Assembly: GCA_031411295.1 (NCBI GenBank)
Contig: JANOAV010000028.1
Coordinates: 37,384-101,383 of the forward strand
DNA: 64,000 nucleotides
DNA from: Verrucomicrobiales bacterium
Lineage (GTDB): Bacteria; Verrucomicrobiota; Verrucomicrobiia; Verrucomicrobiales; V1-33
Reading direction: 5' to 3'
The notes below the pieces were generated by a model, which saw nothing but the letters and a program-made list of their open reading frames with translations, was not told the origin of the DNA and ran no database searches. Positions 59,352-64,000 of the stretch are shown one piece after another; positions within the stretch are counted from its first letter, which is position 1; each line of letters begins with the position of its first letter. Made by a program: the position numbers and the translations under genes.

Positions 59352-60566
59352 ATGAACCACATCCAATTCCTCACCGAACCAGCCCCGCCGATGCCGCGCG
59401 ATAAAGACGCGAGCAAGTGGGTAATGAATTTTCGCATTGATGGTGTTCCGCTGGAGCAAATCGCCAGAGTGGCGGTGCCGGACGCGTTCGCCCCGCACGA
59501 TTGTTCTGATGAGACTTGGGGCACGCGATCGGCTTCCCTCTGCGGGCCTACTTCCGATTTCGTCCTGTTGGGTGGAGAACATTTCTTGGACGGTTGCTAC
59601 CGAGATTTTGCGAAGGAGGAATGGATGCGCTTGCCGATTTCCGTCTGTGAGTCGTGTCAGAGCATTTGGTGTGGCCGCAGCTTGTGGACTCGGTTTCGGA
59701 GGGAAAGCGGTTTCGTTTTTTGGGAGGGTCTCAGAGATTGGGAAGGCGTGGTTTTGCATCCCGATGTCTTTCAATTCGATGCCAGTGAGTATGACGCAGC
59801 GTTTACCGAGGCTCGGGAGGACGCTTTGCAGACGTCTCTGAAAATCTATCAGCCCGCCAAGGACATCCAACCGGCTTGCATGGCTCTTTTCCGGTATGCT
59901 TGCCGGTTTGTCACCCCAGCCCTGATCAATGCCCACTGCATGAACGATCCGGGCTTACCTAAATATGTTAAGGAATACATGTTAACGCTTCGAGCAGGCC
60001 CTCCCGCTGAGCCAAGCTTTTATTTCTGGGAAACTTTCGGTGATTTCACGCTTCGGGCGGGCGATTATGACGAGGGTGGCGGACGGTTCGCTTGTTTTCT
60101 GTTCTCTACCGTGTTGGCATTTGTATCAACCCCCAAGTGGACAGGGCACGAGCGTAGCTATCACGCAGAGGAACTCACGGAGAATTTGTTGGGATACGGT
60201 CTGGCTTTGGAGGACTCTGAGTTTTTGCGATTGCTCGCACCAGCCTTCAAGGAAGCTTGGACTCGGTTGGGATTGCAGGACTTTGATGAATTCGATTTTG
60301 AGTTCAGGACTGCGGAACGGCCCTATTACACGCTGGCCCGCCTAATTCTAGCACATTCAGGTCATGCACCACTGGAGGACAAGTCCGCGTTACTGGAGCA
60401 AGTGATCTATGAGGCTCGGGAGCGTGAATGGGAGGTTCCCGTGGAACACCGCTGGCAAAGGCCTACTTGGTCGGGGTTTTCGTCAGGATGGCGGCGCCTT
60501 ATGGATGCAACCTTCTCAGCGGATTATCCACTCCGCATCCTTGCTGGAAGCGATCCCCCGTCTTGA
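59352..60566 (+). CDS. Hypothetical protein with N-terminal Cys motif
   Basis: Long ORF; VCESCQSIWC...FQFDASEY; start taken at MNHIQF. Confidence 0.65.
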   Translation: MNHIQFLTEPAPPMPRDKDASKWVMNFRIDGVPLEQIARVAVPDAFAPHDCSDETWGTRSASLCGPTSDFVLLGGEHFLDGCYRDFAKEEWMRLPISVCESCQSIWCGRSLWTRFRRESGFVFWEGLRDWEGVVLHPDVFQFDASEYDAAFTEAREDALQTSLKIYQPAKDIQPACMALFRYACRFVTPALINAHCMNDPGLPKYVKEYMLTLRAGPPAEPSFYFWETFGDFTLRAGDYDEGGGRFACFLFSTVLAFVSTPKWTGHERSYHAEELTENLLGYGLALEDSEFLRLLAPAFKEAWTRLGLQDFDEFDFEFRTAERPYYTLARLILAHSGHAPLEDKSALLEQVIYEAREREWEVPVEHRWQRPTWSGFSSGWRRLMDATFSADYPLRILAGSDPPS

Positions 60567-61030
60567 GTGTCAAGTTCCTGCCAGCCTTCTGGCGAAGAAA
60601 CTTGGTTTATGTCGTGACTGGGATCAGCGTGCTCTGGCTGGCCTATTCATGGGACGGTTCCCGTGCGCTGAGGAACTTCGAGCATCGCGTCGTGGCACCA
60701 ATTCCCAGTGGCATCACGAATATTCAGGCCCACGGATTCAGCACTTTTGGTGGGCAATGGAGTTTCGAATTCCAAACGGATGAAGCAGGCGTGGACGCGA
60801 TCGTGCAGGAACGCAAATTGATCTTTGATCCCACGACCGCAGTCTTGGAAGCATTGCGAGATATGAAAGAACCGTTGATTGCGGAGTGGGTGAAACGTAA
60901 CGAAGCAGCCGACATCGCCTACTTCGAAGCAAGGGTTCCAGAGACCGACCACAGCCGAGGCAGGACGTTCTGGTTAGCTTACCAACCGGCTCAAAAGCGC
61001 GCTTGGTTTCTGTATTATGCGCCGATGTAG
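60563..61030 (+). CDS. Hypothetical membrane-anchored protein
   Basis: TTG start overlapping the upstream stop; N-terminal TM. Confidence 0.6.
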   Translation: MSVKFLPAFWRRNLVYVVTGISVLWLAYSWDGSRALRNFEHRVVAPIPSGITNIQAHGFSTFGGQWSFEFQTDEAGVDAIVQERKLIFDPTTAVLEALRDMKEPLIAEWVKRNEAADIAYFEARVPETDHSRGRTFWLAYQPAQKRAWFLYYAPM

Positions 61031-61042
61031 TTTGCGCTGCGA

Positions 61043-62344
61043 CTAATCCCCGAGTTCCTGCTGCGCTTTGAGCAGGCGATGGAAATTGGTGTCTGGGAAC
61101 GTGACATCTGACCAGCGGATGGGCTCGTCTTGCTGCTTGGCGACGTTCAGCACGCAGTGCTTGCCTTCCTGGTGCTCGAACCAATAGATGGGCACATTGT
61201 GGTCTGCTTCCGCCGGAGCAGTGGCATTGACGAGGCCGTAAAGTTCATCTCCGCCGATGGCATGGCCGATGATCGTGCCAGGTGCGAGATCCGTTTTGGC
61301 ATAAGCGTAAACGTCGTTCAGCATCGGACCAGTGCTCGGCGGGATGACCGGGCGGTTATCGAAATATGCTTGAGCGATGGCGCGCGGAGTTTCGAGGTGG
61401 CAGAGGTGGTAGGGGCGGAAGAAAAGGTAGTAGGGCCGCTTATGGCTGACCTTGTAGTAGTTCAGCAGGAAATGCTGGTCGTCATCGTGGCTCTCGCCCA
61501 CAATATAAACGCCGCCACCCGGCCAAGGAACGCCGACGGTGTAATCCACCCGGCCCTGGCCGTGGTAGGAGTCGAAATCAAAATTCTCCAGCACATCCTT
61601 AATGTCCGCGCATTGCGGGCCTTCCATGCCGGGCTTGATGGGCGTGAGTCCCAAGTAATTGCCGATGAGCGCCTGTTCAATGTTCATTTTGGTGCCATCC
61701 GTGTAGGAGACGGTTTGGACGACGCTGAGTTTCTGTTTGTCCGCCCATTCTTTGGAGGAGGCGGCATTGCCACGGCGGTTGAGGAAGCCCTTCATGTTGC
61801 CAGCTTGGACGATCTTGAATCCCCAGAGACGAATTTCATCGGCCATGGTGGCCAATACGCCGTGTTGATCCCCGGCATCTGAACTAACCACCACGTTGTG
61901 TTTGCGCGCTAAATGAGCCAGAGTGCGGCCCAGCACGAGGTCCACTTCCGCGTTCATCAGAATAACATGGGCATTCTGTTGAATGGCGGCTTGGCAATAA
62001 AGGAACGCCTCGTAAATGCTGTTGGAGCATTCGACCAGCGCATTGATCTCTGAATTCTGCACCGCTTCCAAAATGAATTCGGTGGGACCGGCCAAAAGAT
62101 AGGTTTCCTCAAAGGCGACCCGGGCTGGCAGGTTGCTGGAATCAGCCACAAGGATGGGGCGCTTGCCGGTGGCCAGAATGCCACGCTCGGCGGCTTCCTG
62201 ATTGATGTCGGCTACGAAAACGACATCCATGGCCGGGGTGCGGGCGGTTTGGCGGGCGACGCCAAGTCCCATGGCACCGCATCCGATGACGCCGACGGCA
62301 ATGCGTCCGCCTTCGGCCTGCAATTTATTTAATTTGTGGATCAA
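61043..62344 (-). CDS. NAD(P)-dependent oxidoreductase, homoserine dehydrogenase-like, with C-terminal SAF domain
   Basis: GVIGCGAMG, MNAE, GDQHG, DGTK, RPYHL, AKTDL..G; start uncertain (TTG). Confidence 0.88.
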   Translation of the reverse strand: MIHKLNKLQAEGGRIAVGVIGCGAMGLGVARQTARTPAMDVVFVADINQEAAERGILATGKRPILVADSSNLPARVAFEETYLLAGPTEFILEAVQNSEINALVECSNSIYEAFLYCQAAIQQNAHVILMNAEVDLVLGRTLAHLARKHNVVVSSDAGDQHGVLATMADEIRLWGFKIVQAGNMKGFLNRRGNAASSKEWADKQKLSVVQTVSYTDGTKMNIEQALIGNYLGLTPIKPGMEGPQCADIKDVLENFDFDSYHGQGRVDYTVGVPWPGGGVYIVGESHDDDQHFLLNYYKVSHKRPYYLFFRPYHLCHLETPRAIAQAYFDNRPVIPPSTGPMLNDVYAYAKTDLAPGTIIGHAIGGDELYGLVNATAPAEADHNVPIYWFEHQEGKHCVLNVAKQQDEPIRWSDVTFPDTNFHRLLKAQQELGD

Positions 62345-62600
62345 AGCTGCTGTGGTTTTAAAGTTGAGAGGAGGTTCCCCAAATGGGAAACGCCAACATG
62401 AACGGAATTTTCCCCTGCGCAAGCATGGGCACCACATTCAATGTTGGCGGCTATGCGAAGTCGCAATGGTAAATTTAGTTATTCTTGAAATGGCGCCACG
62501 CGCAAAATTCCAGAGCTGAACCTTGGGCCGTTCGGAGAGTTGCGCTATCTCTGGTAAACGCTATTTTGAACGCCAGCATCCCTCCTCCTCCCCGCAACCC

Positions 62601-63968
62601 ATGATGAAACTAGCCACCCTCTGCCTGCTCGCATTGTCGCTTATTGCCACCGCAGGCGAGAAACCTAACATCGTGGTCATCATGGCGGACGACCTCGGTT
62701 GGCGGGATCTGCATTGTTATGGCAACGAGAAGGTGGATACCCCGGCGTTGGATCAGTTGGCTGCGGAAGGCGTCCGCTTCACCAATGCGTATGCCGCTGC
62801 TCCGGTTTGCACGCCGACGCGGGCGGCCATGATGACTGGGCAGGCTCCGGCTCGACTCCGCATCACGAACCACGCTCCCGGAAATCCCGATGGCTTTGCG
62901 CTGAAGGATTCTCCGCTGCATGAGGCGGAAAATATCCGGCACCTGCCGCTCGCTGCCGTGACCATTGCCGAGCGACTCGCTGCCGCTGGCTATGCCACGG
63001 CCCACATTGGCAAATGGCATCTCTCCCACGTTGGGGCCAAGGAGAAGCCGATCACGGAGCAAGAGCTGCGTCCGGAGAAGCAAGGATTCGCTGTCAACAT
63101 CGGTGGAGACTCCAGCGGTGGTCCGCGCAGTTATTTCTCACCCTACCACAACGCAACCATCGCAGATGGAAAGGACGGAGAATACCTGCCGGAGCGACTG
63201 GCAGACGAAGCCATTTCTTTTGTCCGGGCGCATCGCGACGGCCCGTTCTTTCTCAACTGGTGGCCTTACTCCGTGCATTACCCGATGCAGGCACGCGAGG
63301 AAATCATTGCCAAATACCGGGCGCGCCCGAGCATCAAAGACCCAATTTATGCGGCCATGATCGAAGACATGGACACTTCCATTGGTCGCTTCCTCAGGGC
63401 GCTGGATGATGCCGGTCTGCGCGAGAAAACGTTGGTCATTTTCAAATCAGACAACGGGGGCTACAATGGCGACAACCTGCCGCTGCGGGGGCTCAAAGGA
63501 ATGCTCTACGAAGGCGGTATCCGCGTGCCTTGGATTGTGCGGTGGCCGGGCAAGGTGAAACCAGCCACCACCAACGCCACCCCTGTCATTAGCATGGACT
63601 GTTATCCTACCTTGCTGGAGGTCGCCAGCCTCTCCCCCACCCCGAATCATCCGCTCGACGGCATGAGCCTGCTGCCGCTGCTCACGCAATCCTCCGGCTT
63701 TGAGCGCGACACGCTTTACTTTCACTACCCGAACTACGCCTTCCACAAAGAGAACCGCCTCGGCAGCGCCATTCGCGAAGGTAACTTCAAACTCATCAAA
63801 AACTACGACGATAACTCGCTGGAACTTTACGACCTTGGAAACGACATCGGTGAGAAAAGCAACCTTGCCGCAACATCCCCCGAACGCGCCAAACGTCTGG
63901 CTGACAAGCTCGCAACATGGCTTAAAGAACGCGATGCACGATTGCCCGTAGTCGTGCTGGAAAAATAA
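62601..63968 (+). CDS. Sulfatase (S1, Cys-type), secreted
   Basis: Signal peptide; ADDLG, CTPTR (CxPxR), GKWHL, SDNGG. Confidence 0.95.
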   Translation: MMKLATLCLLALSLIATAGEKPNIVVIMADDLGWRDLHCYGNEKVDTPALDQLAAEGVRFTNAYAAAPVCTPTRAAMMTGQAPARLRITNHAPGNPDGFALKDSPLHEAENIRHLPLAAVTIAERLAAAGYATAHIGKWHLSHVGAKEKPITEQELRPEKQGFAVNIGGDSSGGPRSYFSPYHNATIADGKDGEYLPERLADEAISFVRAHRDGPFFLNWWPYSVHYPMQAREEIIAKYRARPSIKDPIYAAMIEDMDTSIGRFLRALDDAGLREKTLVIFKSDNGGYNGDNLPLRGLKGMLYEGGIRVPWIVRWPGKVKPATTNATPVISMDCYPTLLEVASLSPTPNHPLDGMSLLPLLTQSSGFERDTLYFHYPNYAFHKENRLGSAIREGNFKLIKNYDDNSLELYDLGNDIGEKSNLAATSPERAKRLADKLATWLKERDARLPVVVLEK

Positions 63969-63987
63969 CGCCATCGCAGGCACCACC

Positions 63988-64000
63988 ATGAAATTTCGTC
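63988..64000 (+). CDS. Possible start of the next gene (truncated)
   Basis: ATG AAA TTT CGT 19 bp after the sulfatase stop. Confidence 0.3.

Noticed and set aside
578..63989. Numerous overlapping and antisense ORFs in the six-frame track
   Set aside because: Shadow ORFs of GC-rich coding sequence with no recognisable motifs.

Overview
Bacterial chromosomal segment, most likely Verrucomicrobia (Prosthecobacter/Verrucomicrobiaceae-like). This is inferred from DUF1501/DUF1800/PSD1 genes, a sulfatase and WxxxDPxxA helical-repeat proteins. 1-23.4 kb is an accessory block of secreted proteins: a giant Calx-beta/PKD protein, DUF1501, DUF1800, an HZS-alpha-like heme protein and a C10-like protease, together with an unusual WD40-propeller histidine kinase/response regulator pair. 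A recurring TGTGC-N7-GCACA palindrome (7 copies at 5 loci) links these genes into a candidate undescribed regulon, the best 'new system' candidate here. The rest of the window holds a kdpFABCDE operon with an extra small ORF, an SDR, an EF-hand protein, a PSD1/DUF1501 pair, a truncated kinase plus LuxR regulator, argA, a MidA-like methyltransferase, rdgB, a TPR/DUF3142 region, an FHA-like ABC exporter, GT2, MOSC, an antitoxin-like gene with a collapsed HNH remnant, smc with tandem NrdR-like boxes upstream, hypotheticals, an SAF oxidoreductase and a sulfatase. No rRNA, tRNA, CRISPR or transposase was recognised. All family calls come from motif recognition by eye; no searches were run.
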